A stretch of DNA of 64,000 nt from Fimbriosthenelais zetlandica. Lineage: Eukaryota. Position 1 is the first letter of the stretch. Each line of letters begins with the position of its first letter. The position numbers and the translations under genes are program-made. Shown in pieces: positions 63,593 through 64,000 of the stretch. Location of the stretch: contig OZ365111.1 of the NCBI GenBank assembly GCA_977030845.1, forward strand, positions 44,702,001 through 44,766,000, given 5' to 3'. The notes below the pieces were generated by a model. The model had not been told where the DNA came from, did not search any database, and saw only the letters and a list, made by a program, of their open reading frames with translations.

Positions 63593-63870
63593 CAGCAGGA
63601 AGCAGGAATCCCCGTTCGAATCTAAGCCACGGTTAGCCCGCAATAACTCAGTGAGGGATGTGACGGCCAAACTGAACAATAACAACAAGGCTGACAGTAA
63701 TCATATAGACTTTAAACCTCATGGCGGGGTGACGTTTAGAGAGAACCACAACCCTAACGTCTCTATAGTAGGCCGCGGCTATGCTGAGGATTCCCACGTA
63801 CAGGAACCTAAACCTGCTATAGCTCACAAACGTGTGGAGCGCAGACGATCTAACGCTAACAACAACAGGG
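63593..63870 (+). CDS. TOGARAM1: TOGARAM1 exon, phase 2-1; the gene continues beyond the window
   Basis: TTTTCAG|C AGC ... AGG G|GTGAGA; SRKQESPFESKPRLARNNSVRDVTAKL...; phase matches the preceding exon. Confidence 0.7.
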
Positions 63871-64000
63871 GTGAGATGGGCTTTCTTTTAAAATACTGTA
63901 AATATTTTTACCATTCATTTGTAAAATTCCCAATACTTCATTCCTGTCCTACCTATTCCTCCATGGGTAAATGAATCTTTTGTTTAAGTGTTTTTTGTGC

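Overview
AT-rich, intron-rich animal genomic DNA. It is probably a marine invertebrate; a lophotrochozoan is my low-confidence inference from the gene and repeat families. Five protein-coding genes are supported by translation and splice-phase logic: (1) a single-coding-exon FMRFamide-receptor-like class A GPCR (+, ~20.2-21.3 kb); (2) a 301-aa ankyrin-repeat protein starting with a myristoylation-type MGAQNS (-, 25.0-26.2 kb); (3) a divergent 6-exon PACRG (+, 29.5-32.9 kb); (4) a 2-exon CCDC32 (+, 33.8-34.8 kb); (5) the 5' part of TOGARAM1/crescerin (+, from 38.85 kb, running off the window). The last three are cilium-associated genes lying in tandem. The rest is non-coding DNA with many MITEs and non-autonomous DNA transposons. 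The most unusual structures are: a 2.5-kb array between CCDC32 and TOGARAM1 with six tRNA-derived Pol III cassettes, four of them forming two divergent palindromic pairs; a 1.85-kb TIR element dense in RFX X-box motifs beside the cilia genes; a GPCR whose glycosylated N-terminus lies upstream of its first AUG behind a CUG in ideal Kozak context; and a dense cluster of TAGGCCTA/TACCGGTA palindromes around CCDC32. No CRISPR, rRNA or intact tRNA gene was found. Nearly all short ORFs in the supplied track look spurious. All homology calls are from memory of the families, not from database searches.
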